Shown here: one piece after another, positions 34,301-43,263 of the stretch
Position numbering within the stretch: position 1 is the stretch's first letter
Layout: each line of letters opens with the position of its first letter
NCBI GenBank assembly: GCA_964622035.1
Contig: CAZUPF010000001.1
Location: 1 to 49,622, forward strand
Reading direction: 5' to 3'
DNA: 49,622 nt
From: an uncultured Candidatus Saccharibacteria bacterium
GTDB taxonomy: Bacteria; Patescibacteriota; WWE3; JAUXAW01; JAYEID01
Translations under genes and position numbers: made by a program
The notes under the pieces: model-generated
The model's database searches: none
What the model saw: the letters and a program-made list of their open reading frames with translations, nothing else
What the model was told of the DNA's origin: nothing

Positions 34301-34375
34301 TGGTGGGCCCGGAAGGATTTGAACCTTCGGCCTCCTCGATGTGAACGAGGCGCTCCACCCCTGAGCTACGAGCCC
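34301..34375 (-). tRNA. tRNA-Val: tRNA-Val, anticodon CAC, CCA encoded
   Basis: Hand-folded: acceptor GGGCTCG/CGGGCCC (one G-U), D stem GCTC/GAGC, anticodon stem CCTCG/CGAGG with loop TTCACAT, T stem GAAGG/CCTTC with loop TTCAAAT, discriminator A, CCA. Confidence 0.93.
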
Positions 34376-34402
34376 CCCCACCTATTCTACCAAAAAAAGT
34401 CC

Positions 34403-34431
34403 TTGCCGCCCAACCCAGGCCGGAGTATATT
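34403..34431 (+). promoter_or_regulatory. sigma70-type promoter of lepB (leaderless)
   Basis: TTGCCG (34403-34408), 17 nt, TATATT (34426-34431). The ATG lies 9 nt downstream. Confidence 0.55.
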
Positions 34432-34440
34432 AAGTAGGTA

Positions 34441-35028
34441 ATGATGAAAAAGGCGCTAAGGTCTGTCGGCCGGTTTGTTTTGGACACTCTGGAAACAATT
34501 GTTCTTGCCTTAGCTATGTTTGCCATCGGGTACCTTTTTGTTCTCCAACCCCACCAAGTCAATGGCGACTCCATGCTCCCCGACTTCGTCGATCAGGAAC
34601 ACCTCCTCACCGAAAAGGTCATCTACCGACTCCGCGACCCGCACCGTGGGGAGGTTATTGTTTTCAAATACCCCAAGGCCCACGAATACGACTATATAAA
34701 GAGAATTATTGGCCTGCCAGGAGAGACCGTACTAATAGAAGGCGGGCGGGTTAAGATTTTCAACAGCGAGCACCCCAGCGGCTTTTTCCTTGAGGAGCCC
34801 TACCTAGAACCGGGCACTCAGACGATTGGGCGACCCTTTATTCCCACGGGAAAGAAGTTCGCTATTCCTGAAGATCACTACGTAGTTCTAGGGGACAATC
34901 GCACAAAGAGCTCGGATTCTCGAGAGTGGGGAACGGTAAGAAGGGACGAAGTCATCGGCCGAGCGTGGGTTCGCTACTGGCCACCGCGGGCTCTAGCCTT
35001 AATTCCCACTGCTAGGTATGAAGATTAG
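34441..35028 (+). CDS. lepB: signal peptidase I
   Basis: Ser box GDSMLP, Lys box YIKRIIGLPGE and GDNRTKSSDSREWG. Confidence 0.92.
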   Translation: MMKKALRSVGRFVLDTLETIVLALAMFAIGYLFVLQPHQVNGDSMLPDFVDQEHLLTEKVIYRLRDPHRGEVIVFKYPKAHEYDYIKRIIGLPGETVLIEGGRVKIFNSEHPSGFFLEEPYLEPGTQTIGRPFIPTGKKFAIPEDHYVVLGDNRTKSSDSREWGTVRRDEVIGRAWVRYWPPRALALIPTARYED

Positions 35029-35037
35029 CTAGAAAAA

Positions 35038-35298
35038 CTACTGTTGAGGAACGACACTAACTTTTTTCTTTCCCCCCCGGCGAAAAGAAAACTCCACCTG
35101 ACCCTCATTTAGCGCGTAGAGCGTATAATCCCTACCCACGCCGACCCCATCTCCGGGATGAAAAGTGGTCCCCCGCTGGCGAATGAGTATCCGCCCCGGA
35201 CGCACCAGCTCCCCCGCACCTACCTTGAGGCCCAAACGCTTCCCCGCCGGTCTCTTTTTTTGTCGGGCCTTCGAGCCCGCTTGTTTAGTCTTGGCCAT
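35038..35298 (-). CDS. rpmA: 50S ribosomal protein L27
   Basis: MAKTKQAGSKARQKKRPAGKRLGLKVGAGELV...RQRGTTFHPG pattern. The start lies inside the last 14 nt of rplU. Confidence 0.93.
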   Translation of the reverse strand: MAKTKQAGSKARQKKRPAGKRLGLKVGAGELVRPGRILIRQRGTTFHPGDGVGVGRDYTLYALNEGQVEFSFRRGGKKKVSVVPQQ

Positions 35299-35791
35299 TG
35301 GTAATCTCCTCTACTGCCTTGGCGCCAATACCCGGCAACGCCAGCAACTCCTTCTCGCTCAATTTCTTAAGCTTGGCCACCGAGTCAATCCCCGCACTTT
35401 CCAAAGCATTCACTGTCCGCGCTGAAAGCCCCAACCCCACCAGCTCCTCCCCCACTACCTTTGTCTTCCCCTTCGCCGAACCCGCCTTTATCGAAACTAC
35501 TTCAACAATGCTGATTCCCTGCCGGTGTCCTTTATTTTTACGGTAGCGAGATTTCGACTTAAAGCGGCGTACAGATATCTTTTTATCTTTACCGTGCTCT
35601 AAAACTTTCAGCACAACCCCAGCCTTTTCAACCTCGGGTTGGCCAATCTGCACCTTACCACCCAAAGAAACCAAAAGGGGAACCAGGGAAATTTTCTTCC
35701 CTTCCTCCTCAACCAACCGCCCCACCTTTAATTTATCACCCTCGGAAACCAAAAATTGGCTACCGGAAAATTCAATAACAGCGTAGTCCAT
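35285..35791 (-). CDS. rplU: 50S ribosomal protein L21 with C-terminal RpoA-CTD-like helix-hairpin-helix extension
   Basis: L21 core MDYAVIEFSGSQFLVSEGDKLKV...KFKSKSRYRKNKGHRQ is followed by LGLSARTVNALESAGIDSVAKLKKLSEKELLALPGIGAKAVEEI. ATG 35791 lies 10 nt after TAGAAT. Confidence 0.88.
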   Translation of the reverse strand: MDYAVIEFSGSQFLVSEGDKLKVGRLVEEEGKKISLVPLLVSLGGKVQIGQPEVEKAGVVLKVLEHGKDKKISVRRFKSKSRYRKNKGHRQGISIVEVVSIKAGSAKGKTKVVGEELVGLGLSARTVNALESAGIDSVAKLKKLSEKELLALPGIGAKAVEEITNGQD

Positions 35792-35864
35792 CGTAGCAAG
35801 TATTCTACTACAGGAAGGAGCCAAGAGCAAGCAAGACTGCCGGCAACTAGGGACTTGCACAGCC

Positions 35865-36944
35865 TCACATCTCCTGGTGCGCGGCAACCGACTCCACCAC
35901 CCCCAAAGAAATGAGGGTCACGATCAACGAGCTACCACCCGCCGAAACCAAAGGCAGGGGCAGCCCAGTAATCGGCGTAATCCCCAAATTCATTCCAATA
36001 TTGATAAAGATTTGCGCTAAGAGCATACAGAAAACACCTACACACACTAGCATCCCAAACCGGTCGGGTGACCTCCGAGCCACAACCAAGATTCGCCACA
36101 GAAGAACGAAATAAAGCACAAGAAGGATAGTAACCCCCAAAAGGCCCCACTCCTCACCCAAGGAGGCGAAAATAAAATCAGTGCTGCGCTCAGGCAAAAA
36201 GCGCAACTGCGATTGGGGCCCCCGACCAAACCCGCGGCCAAAAATCTGCCCCGAACCTACGGCGATGATCGCCTGCAGAACATTGTAACCACTTCCCAAA
36301 GGGTCGGAGCGGGGATTCAGGAAAGAGTAGATCCGTTGTCGCTGGTAGTCCTTGAGAAAGCCCCAAACAAAGGGGAGAGCGGAAATGCCGCAAAAGGCCA
36401 ACCCCAAAAGGTGTGCTAGAGGCACCTCCGCCATAAAAGCCACCCCGGCCCACAGCACCACAAAGATTAGTCCTGTCCCCAAATCCGGCTGGAAGAAAAC
36501 TAAGACGCAGAAGGTACCCAAGGCAAGAAGGCTTCCCAAGAAGCTTGCTAACGGGATCAACGTTGTTTTACAGAAAAACCAAGACAAGCCAACGATCAAT
36601 CCCAACTTCGCAAACTCTGACGGTTGAAAAAGGAGAGGACCCAGGCTAAGCCAGCGGTTCGACCCCCGCACGGAGGAGCCAAACAAACCAACTCCCACTA
36701 ACAGGGCAAACGATAGAACAAAAATTACTGGGGAGAGAAGTTGAAGATACTTGTGGTCTACCATCGCCACCAAAATCAGTAAAACCACACCAACAACGGC
36801 GAACTGGGTTTGCTTTTGAGCCAGTGCGTGGTCTGTGCTCCAAACTACCAACACACCAAAAAGCAGAAGAAGGGCCGTCACCAGAAGAAGATACTTATCC
36901 AAACGAGCCAAAAACGATGAGAGGCGGTTAGGAAGCACAACCAT
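35865..36944 (-). CDS. rodA: SEDS-family peptidoglycan polymerase, RodA-like
   Basis: 10-helix FtsW/RodA pattern. Called rodA because a second SEDS gene sits in the dcw cluster. Overlaps the ileS stop by 17 nt. Confidence 0.78.
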   Translation of the reverse strand: MVVLPNRLSSFLARLDKYLLLVTALLLLFGVLVVWSTDHALAQKQTQFAVVGVVLLILVAMVDHKYLQLLSPVIFVLSFALLVGVGLFGSSVRGSNRWLSLGPLLFQPSEFAKLGLIVGLSWFFCKTTLIPLASFLGSLLALGTFCVLVFFQPDLGTGLIFVVLWAGVAFMAEVPLAHLLGLAFCGISALPFVWGFLKDYQRQRIYSFLNPRSDPLGSGYNVLQAIIAVGSGQIFGRGFGRGPQSQLRFLPERSTDFIFASLGEEWGLLGVTILLVLYFVLLWRILVVARRSPDRFGMLVCVGVFCMLLAQIFINIGMNLGITPITGLPLPLVSAGGSSLIVTLISLGVVESVAAHQEM

Positions 36945-39900
36945 GAACGGAAAAATCTTTCCCCGGCGTCAGCTCGGCAACTAAGGTTTCCCTCCTAATA
37001 TAGTCCCCAAAACTCTCAACCGCCTTTTTATTCTCCTCAGTATCGGGAAAGGTGGCGATTATCCGCTCATCCAACCGACAATCCGCTTGCCGCCGCGCCG
37101 CTTGGATACTCCGCACCATCTCCCGCGCCCCACCCTCGGCCCGCAATTCGGGAGTCAGCTGCGTGTCCAACTCCACCACCAGCTCCTCCCCCGCAGCAAA
37201 CTCAATCTCCTTTACATTCAACTCGTCTCTGATAATCGAGACAAACTCCTCCGCAACTTTTAACCCGCCTAGCGGCGAGGCAGGCTCCGCACTTTTAACT
37301 TTTAACTCTCCTAGCGGCTGCCGCACCTTGATCTGCGCCTCCCGACGCGCGGCATGTCCCTTTTCGCAAATCTCCCGAACGGCCTCCATCGCCCGAAGCA
37401 CCGGCTCATCAATCAAATAATCGTGCCAGGCCGGCCAATCAGTGAGGTGGACGGACTCCCCAACTTGAAACGCAGCTCCTTTCTTGGGGGGTTGGACCCT
37501 CTCGGAAGCATTAGCAACCAAATTTCGGTAAATCTCCTCAGCCAAGAAAGGTACAAAAGGTGCGAGAAGTTTGGAAAGAATCAAAAGCACACTATAAAGA
37601 GTACGGTGGGCCGTTTTTTTGTCCTCCTCGTCCATCGCCGTCGGACCGACTCGACCACGAATGCGGCGAATATACCAGGTCGAGAGGTCATCAACAACGA
37701 AACGTTCAACCTGCTCCGCAGCCCGAGCATGTTCGTAGCCCTCAATGCGTTCGGTCATGTTCCGGACTAATTCGTTCAACTTTGAAAGAATCCAAACATC
37801 TAAAACCGTGTGGGGAAAGCTGGCAAAAGTGAATTTGTTCTCTCCGGGTTTAAGCTTAAGATCCTGAGCGGGATCAAAGTCATCCAACTCCGCATAGGTG
37901 ACGAAGAACTTGTAGCAGTTCCAAAGAATCAGGAAAAATCGCCGCCGCACTTCCTCTGCTGGCCCATAACCAAAATGGAGTGCGTGGCGCGGATCTTGGC
38001 GAGCATAGAGCCAGCGCATAGCGTCAACCCCCATTTTCTCCGCCGCATCGTCAAACCAAATCGCGTTACCCTTCGATTTGTGCATCTCCTCACCACGCTC
38101 ATTCCTCACCAACTCATGCCCCAAAAGAGTCTGGAAGGGGGCCCGGTCCTCCAATACCACACTCATGGCAAGAAGCGAGTAAAACCAATTCTTAAATTGG
38201 CCCGGAAAACACTCCAGTACCAGATCAGCCGGGAACCACTCCTTCCAGTAATCCCGGTCTTCAAAATATTTCAGCGTCGAATAGGAAACAATTCCCGCAT
38301 CGAGCCAGGGACTACCCACATCGGTAATCCGACTCATCGACTCGCCACACCTCGCACAATTAATTTTCACCGCATCGATCCACGGCCGGTGCGGGGAGTG
38401 TTCGGAGAATTCTTCCCAACCAGCAACGGCCCGTTCCTCAAGCTCCTCTTTAGAACCAATCACCTCAAAGTGGCCGCAGGAACATTCCCAAATCGGCAGA
38501 GCCAAACCCCAGTAGCGCTTCTTGGAAATGAGCCAGTCCTCCATATTATTAAACCAGTCCAGCTCCCGCGCGTAGCCAAACTCGGGAATCCAGTGCACAT
38601 CTTTAATCGCCCGCTTCAGCCTCTCGCGGTAACTCTTAGCCCCCTTGTGCCGCGTGTCGTCCATCGCAATGTACCATTCGTCAACAACGCGCCAGACGAG
38701 CTCAGTTTTACAGCGCCAGCAGACGGGGTAGCGGTGGGTGTGGGGTTTAATTTCAAAAATGTAGTCTTCGGCCGGGTCGCCAACTCCCACCCCCAATGCC
38801 GGGTTATCAAGTACCAACCGTGGCTCGTTCTTAGCGTTCTTTCCACTCAAATCGCCATAGCCTTCCAGGTAATTAGCCGCCTCATCAATGGCCGGCAAAA
38901 TCGGCAATCCGGCCTCTTCTCCTAAACGGAAGTCCTCGGTTCCGCAGCCGGTAGCGATGTGCACAATCCCCGTCCCCTCCTCCTCATTTACCAATTCCTC
39001 CGCCGCCACCACCGAGTGGAAAGTTTCTGGGCTCTCCCCTTCAGCCAGCTGGACGGCCGGAAGAGCATCAAACGGCCCAGTATACTTAAGCCCCAGTAGC
39101 TCTTTCCCCAAGACTTTCTTAACTACTTCGGCCTCGGAACCAAAAATCTTCTCGGCCAGGGAGCCGACTACCCAAAAATTAAGTCCGGTGGTCCCCGTCA
39201 CCAGCCAATACTCCAGCTCCGGATGCACGGCCAGCGCAACATTGGCCGGAATTGTCCAGGGGGTCGTCGTCCAAACCAGAAAACGCTCACCACTTCGGCC
39301 GACGATCGGCAACTCGAAATAGATGGAATCGTGGGTTAGCTCCTGATACTCCTCGCTAAGAATTTCGTGCTGGGAGATTGCCGTCCCACAGCGCGGACAC
39401 CACGGCACCGAGTCACGGCCCTTGTAGAGATTGCCGTCCCGAACAACTTTTTTGAGGAAATGCCAGATAGCGTAGTTGTTTTCATCACTTAGTGTGTAAT
39501 AATCATTACCCCAATCCATAAAATAACCCAACCGCTGTGATTGCTCAGTTTGGATCCGGGCAAACTCTAAAGTGTGCTCCTTACATTTTTCAACAAACGC
39601 CGCAATACCGAAACTCTCAATGTCTTTCTTGGACTTAAACCCCAGCTTCTTCTCCACTTCAACCTCAACCCACAAACCTTGATTATCAAACCCGTTTTGA
39701 AAGCGCTGTTTTTCCCCAAGCATATTGTGAAAACGCTGGTAAAGGTCTTTGAGGGTCCGCCCCCAGGCATGGTGTACCGCCATCGGGTTATTGGCCGTAA
39801 TTGGCCCGTCGAGGAAAGAAAATCGTTTAGCCGAGGAGTCGTTGCGGCGGAGATACTTGGCGAGAATATCGTTCTTCTCCCAAAACGCCAAAATCCGGTG

Positions 39901-39945
39901 CTCCAGATCAATAAAGTTTGGTTTAGCTTCCACAGACTTGAACAT
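36928..39945 (-). CDS. ileS: isoleucyl-tRNA synthetase (type 2-like, divergent signature motifs)
   Basis: 1005 aa. WCPRCGTAISQHE, TTTPWTIPANVALAVHP, WLISKKRYWGLALPIW and VDAMRWLY blocks are present. The HIGH position reads AVHH and KMSKS reads EMHKS. Confidence 0.93.
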   Translation of the reverse strand: MFKSVEAKPNFIDLEHRILAFWEKNDILAKYLRRNDSSAKRFSFLDGPITANNPMAVHHAWGRTLKDLYQRFHNMLGEKQRFQNGFDNQGLWVEVEVEKKLGFKSKKDIESFGIAAFVEKCKEHTLEFARIQTEQSQRLGYFMDWGNDYYTLSDENNYAIWHFLKKVVRDGNLYKGRDSVPWCPRCGTAISQHEILSEEYQELTHDSIYFELPIVGRSGERFLVWTTTPWTIPANVALAVHPELEYWLVTGTTGLNFWVVGSLAEKIFGSEAEVVKKVLGKELLGLKYTGPFDALPAVQLAEGESPETFHSVVAAEELVNEEEGTGIVHIATGCGTEDFRLGEEAGLPILPAIDEAANYLEGYGDLSGKNAKNEPRLVLDNPALGVGVGDPAEDYIFEIKPHTHRYPVCWRCKTELVWRVVDEWYIAMDDTRHKGAKSYRERLKRAIKDVHWIPEFGYARELDWFNNMEDWLISKKRYWGLALPIWECSCGHFEVIGSKEELEERAVAGWEEFSEHSPHRPWIDAVKINCARCGESMSRITDVGSPWLDAGIVSYSTLKYFEDRDYWKEWFPADLVLECFPGQFKNWFYSLLAMSVVLEDRAPFQTLLGHELVRNERGEEMHKSKGNAIWFDDAAEKMGVDAMRWLYARQDPRHALHFGYGPAEEVRRRFFLILWNCYKFFVTYAELDDFDPAQDLKLKPGENKFTFASFPHTVLDVWILSKLNELVRNMTERIEGYEHARAAEQVERFVVDDLSTWYIRRIRGRVGPTAMDEEDKKTAHRTLYSVLLILSKLLAPFVPFLAEEIYRNLVANASERVQPPKKGAAFQVGESVHLTDWPAWHDYLIDEPVLRAMEAVREICEKGHAARREAQIKVRQPLGELKVKSAEPASPLGGLKVAEEFVSIIRDELNVKEIEFAAGEELVVELDTQLTPELRAEGGAREMVRSIQAARRQADCRLDERIIATFPDTEENKKAVESFGDYIRRETLVAELTPGKDFSVHGCAS

Positions 39946-39986
39946 TGCTGTTAGTTGACCACCACCCCCATCCTATCACAACCCCT

Positions 39987-40016
39987 AAAAACAAGAAATC
40001 CCGATGAGTCGGGATT
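39987..40016 (-). terminator. intrinsic terminator
   Basis: Minus RNA AATCCCGA-CTCA-TCGGGATT is followed by TCTTGTTTTT. Confidence 0.8.
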
Positions 40017-40060
40017 AGGTACCGGTAAGAGCCAAGCATAGAAGCTCGGATCCTACCAGC

Positions 40061-40306
40061 TTACTCGGTAATCCTAAAAGTTACACTCGGTGAGGCCTCT
40101 TGAGCCCCAGATGTGGCCTCAGGCATCGCCGAAGGTGAGCCCTCTCGTACCACAGGGCTGACGAAAGATTCCTGCTTCTCCACCTGCGCGGCCTGCTGAT
40201 CCAGCCCCCTGGCCCGCTGGACCAGAATCGTCGTCAGGATAATCCCAACCACCGCCAGCACTCCCAAAGAGAGATAAATAAGTTTCTCAGTATTCATAGT
40301 AGCCAT
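40061..40306 (-). CDS. small single-TM protein (81 aa)
   Basis: TTGCAA-N18-TACAAT promoter with ATG 40306 (MATMNTEKLIYLSLGVLAVVGIILTTILV...) 9 nt after the -10 box. A terminator follows. Confidence 0.6.
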   Translation of the reverse strand: MATMNTEKLIYLSLGVLAVVGIILTTILVQRARGLDQQAAQVEKQESFVSPVVREGSPSAMPEATSGAQEASPSVTFRITE

Positions 40307-40378
40307 CGCAAAGTAATTGTAACACTCAAGCAATTTCCATTGCAAATCTCTGGGCCAATGGAAAGTAAGGAATTAAAC

Positions 40379-41098
40379 TCATCGCAATTGTACCGACGGA
40401 ATAATCTCCTGCACCGCAGCCAAAAACTCCCCAAGCTGTGCCTTACTGAAAGCGGACACTTTTGTAAAAGCGGGATCAAGGCATTCGCGCGGCTCGAACG
40501 CTTGTAAATACCAGGGAACAGTATCGAGAGCAGAAACTAGGTCGCGAAGCTGCTTCGCCAACCTAACCAAACTTTCCTTATCGTGAAGACCGGGAACAAC
40601 TGTTGTTCGCAGCTCAAAACCAACCCCCCCACTAACTAATACTCTGACACTCTCAATTATCAAACTTAGTCCGGAAAAATCGACTAGACCAACTGCAGCC
40701 GCGTATGCCTTTTCCTCGAGGGGAGCTTTAACATCTAGAGCCACATAATCAACTAGCCCCTTCTCCATCGCGCTGCGGAGCACGGTAGGGTTGGAGCCAT
40801 TAGTATCTAGCTTCACTAAAAACCTTAAAGACTTAATCCGCCCCATAAACTCCTCCAAGTCCCTGTGAATCGTCGGTTCCCCACCGCAAACCACCACGGC
40901 ATCTAGAATGCTTTTCCGACTCTGCAAAAACGCAAAAAAATCACGCTCTGGCAACCTCGGTAAGCTTGTCGGCGCGAGAACAAGATCGCGATTATGACAA
41001 AAAGGGCAGCGAAAATTACACCCTGAGACAAAAACAGTACAAGCCACCTTCTGCGGATAGTCGAGCAAAGTAGTCTTCTGCAAACCACGAATATCCAT
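40379..41098 (-). CDS. nrdG: anaerobic ribonucleotide reductase activating protein (radical SAM)
   Basis: CNFRCPFCHN cluster motif; sits next to nrdD. Confidence 0.88.
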   Translation of the reverse strand: MDIRGLQKTTLLDYPQKVACTVFVSGCNFRCPFCHNRDLVLAPTSLPRLPERDFFAFLQSRKSILDAVVVCGGEPTIHRDLEEFMGRIKSLRFLVKLDTNGSNPTVLRSAMEKGLVDYVALDVKAPLEEKAYAAAVGLVDFSGLSLIIESVRVLVSGGVGFELRTTVVPGLHDKESLVRLAKQLRDLVSALDTVPWYLQAFEPRECLDPAFTKVSAFSKAQLGEFLAAVQEIIPSVQLR

Positions 41099-41149
41099 AG
41101 TTACTCGGCTTGAAGGTTACCAAAAAGAGAGAGGTAAGGGAAGAACTAA

Positions 41150-43258
41150 CTAGACATCAAAGGGGCGACGATCACTAAACTCTGCCTGCTTACCATCATT
41201 CCACTGCGCCACGGGACGCAGGTAACCAACAACCCGAGAGTAAACCTCACAGGCTTTTTTGCACTCCGGACAGAACCGATGCTCACCTCTAAGGTAACCG
41301 TGCTCTGGACAAATACTAAAGGTGGGAGTCAGTGTATAGTAAGGCAAGTGGTAGTTTTCGGCGATTTTCCGCACCAAAGATTTAGTAGCCTCCTTCGAGG
41401 GCATCCGTTCACCCAAGAAGGTGTGGAAAACAGTACCGCCGGTGTAGCTCGTCTGGAAGGGGTCTTGGATGGTTAACGCGTCAAAAACATCCCCGTTAAA
41501 ACCAACCGGCAGTTGGGTAGAGTTCGTGTAGTAGGGGGCCGCCCCCATCTCCTGATAATCTTTCTCATTAGCCACGATAATATCCTTATAGAGCTCCTTA
41601 TCCTTCATCGCCAAGCGGTAAGTAGCTCCCTCGGCCGGGGTGGCCTCCAGATTATACATCTGATCATCGGCCGTCTGGAAATCCATCAACCGCTCGCTCA
41701 TAAAGTCCAAAACTTCCTTCAGAAACACCCGCGCTTTCTCATCTTCAAACCCCTTACCGACGAAGTTAAGCGCGGCCTCATTCCCCCCCAAAAGACCAAT
41801 CGTATTAAAGTGGTTACGCCAGTACGCACCAAACCGCTCCTTAACAGCGGAAAGGTAGTATTTGGAGTAGGGATAGAGTCCCTTCTCTGTAAAGTCCTCT
41901 ACCACCCGCCTCTTAATCTTTAAGCTTTCCCGAGCAATCTCTAGCAACTCTTCTAGCCGCCGGAAAACCTCCTCTTTCGACTTAGCGAGGTAGGCGATAC
42001 GCGGAAGATTAATTGTTACTACGCCAATCGACCCCGTCAGAGGATTGGCACCAAAAAGCCCACCACCACGCCGGCGAAGCTCCCGATTATCCAAACGAAG
42101 CCGACAACACATGCTCCGCGCATCCTCCGGCTTCATATCAGAGTTAACAAAGTTCGAAAAATAGGGAATGCCGTACTTGGCCGTCATCTCCCAAATAGGG
42201 TCGAGATCAGAGTTTTCCCAATCAAAATCTTTGGTAATATTGTAAGTAGGAATTGGGAAGGTAAAAACGCGACCCTTAGCGTCCCCCTCCATCATCACCT
42301 CGGCAAAGGCACGATTGAACAACGCCATTTCTTCACCAAACTCGCCGTAGGTCTCCTTCTGCAGCCGCCCCCCAATAATAATTGCTTGATCCTTCAAATC
42401 GCCAGGAACTTTGAGATCCAAAGTAACATTGGTAAAAGGTGTTTGAAAACCGACCCGCGTCGGCACATTCATATTGAAAACAAACTCCTGCATCGCTTGC
42501 TTAACCTCCTTGTAGGAAAGACCATCATACCGAATGAACGGGGCCAAGTAGGTGTCAAAACCGGAAACGGCCTGCGCCCCCGCGCCCTCACCCTGAAGCG
42601 TGTAAAGGAAATTAACTAGCTGGCCCAAAGCGACACGGAAATGCTTCGCCGGTGTGGACTCAATCTTCCCCCGCACCCCACCAAAACCTCGTCGCAAAAG
42701 ATCTTGAAGATCCCAACCACAACAGTAGGGGGCCAAAAGATAGAGATCATGAATGTGTAAATCGCCACGGCTGTGAGCCTCCCGAGCCTCTTTGGGGTAG
42801 ATCTTATTGAGCCAGTACCGAGCAGACATCGCCGATGAAACATGGATATTAAGCCCCTGGAGGGAAAAGGCCATGTTGGAGTTCTCCCGCACCCGCCAAT
42901 CGGTTTGGTCCAGGTAGCCGCCAATTAACTCGTTAACATCAACGAGGGTGCGAATGTCCCGAATGCGGTTGTGGAGATCCCGATAGAGAATATAGGCCCT
43001 TGCCGTCTTGGCATGGCCATACTCAATCAGGGTCTCTTCGACAATATCCTGGATGTTTTCTACCTGGGGAATACCTTCGGGACCGTATTTTTCAGCGATT
43101 TTTTCAACTACCTGATCAGAAACAATCCGCGACCGGTCCTTATCCTTCCCCCCCACCACCTGGGCGGCTTTCCAAATTGCGTTGGCGATCTTCCCTTGGT
43201 CAAAAGGGACAATACGACCATCTCTCTTTTCAATTTTCTTTGGTGGTCGGACAGGCAC
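41150..43258 (-). CDS. nrdD: anaerobic (class III) ribonucleoside-triphosphate reductase
   Basis: ATP-cone KIEKRDGRIVPFDQGKIANAI, Zn ribbon CPEHG...CPEC, and glycyl-radical motif RVVGYLRPVAQWNDGK. Confidence 0.96.
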   Translation of the reverse strand: MPVRPPKKIEKRDGRIVPFDQGKIANAIWKAAQVVGGKDKDRSRIVSDQVVEKIAEKYGPEGIPQVENIQDIVEETLIEYGHAKTARAYILYRDLHNRIRDIRTLVDVNELIGGYLDQTDWRVRENSNMAFSLQGLNIHVSSAMSARYWLNKIYPKEAREAHSRGDLHIHDLYLLAPYCCGWDLQDLLRRGFGGVRGKIESTPAKHFRVALGQLVNFLYTLQGEGAGAQAVSGFDTYLAPFIRYDGLSYKEVKQAMQEFVFNMNVPTRVGFQTPFTNVTLDLKVPGDLKDQAIIIGGRLQKETYGEFGEEMALFNRAFAEVMMEGDAKGRVFTFPIPTYNITKDFDWENSDLDPIWEMTAKYGIPYFSNFVNSDMKPEDARSMCCRLRLDNRELRRRGGGLFGANPLTGSIGVVTINLPRIAYLAKSKEEVFRRLEELLEIARESLKIKRRVVEDFTEKGLYPYSKYYLSAVKERFGAYWRNHFNTIGLLGGNEAALNFVGKGFEDEKARVFLKEVLDFMSERLMDFQTADDQMYNLEATPAEGATYRLAMKDKELYKDIIVANEKDYQEMGAAPYYTNSTQLPVGFNGDVFDALTIQDPFQTSYTGGTVFHTFLGERMPSKEATKSLVRKIAENYHLPYYTLTPTFSICPEHGYLRGEHRFCPECKKACEVYSRVVGYLRPVAQWNDGKQAEFSDRRPFDV

Positions 43259-43263
43259 TGCTA

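Noticed and set aside
34275-34574. N-terminal 100 codons of tracked ORF 33672..34574
   Set aside because: This part reads straight through tRNA-Val(CAC) and the lepB promoter. The HAD domain begins at ATG 34274 with the canonical FDLDG motif a few residues later.
37810-38925. 371-aa plus-strand ORF, and many other 60-140-aa ORFs antisense to ileS, nrdD, typA, the ABC exporter and the PT-repeat region (e.g. 16249..16695, 16406..16762)
   Set aside because: They lie inside and antisense to genes with unambiguous motif support. Their translations are low-complexity (Arg/Pro/Ser-rich) and lack start signals.
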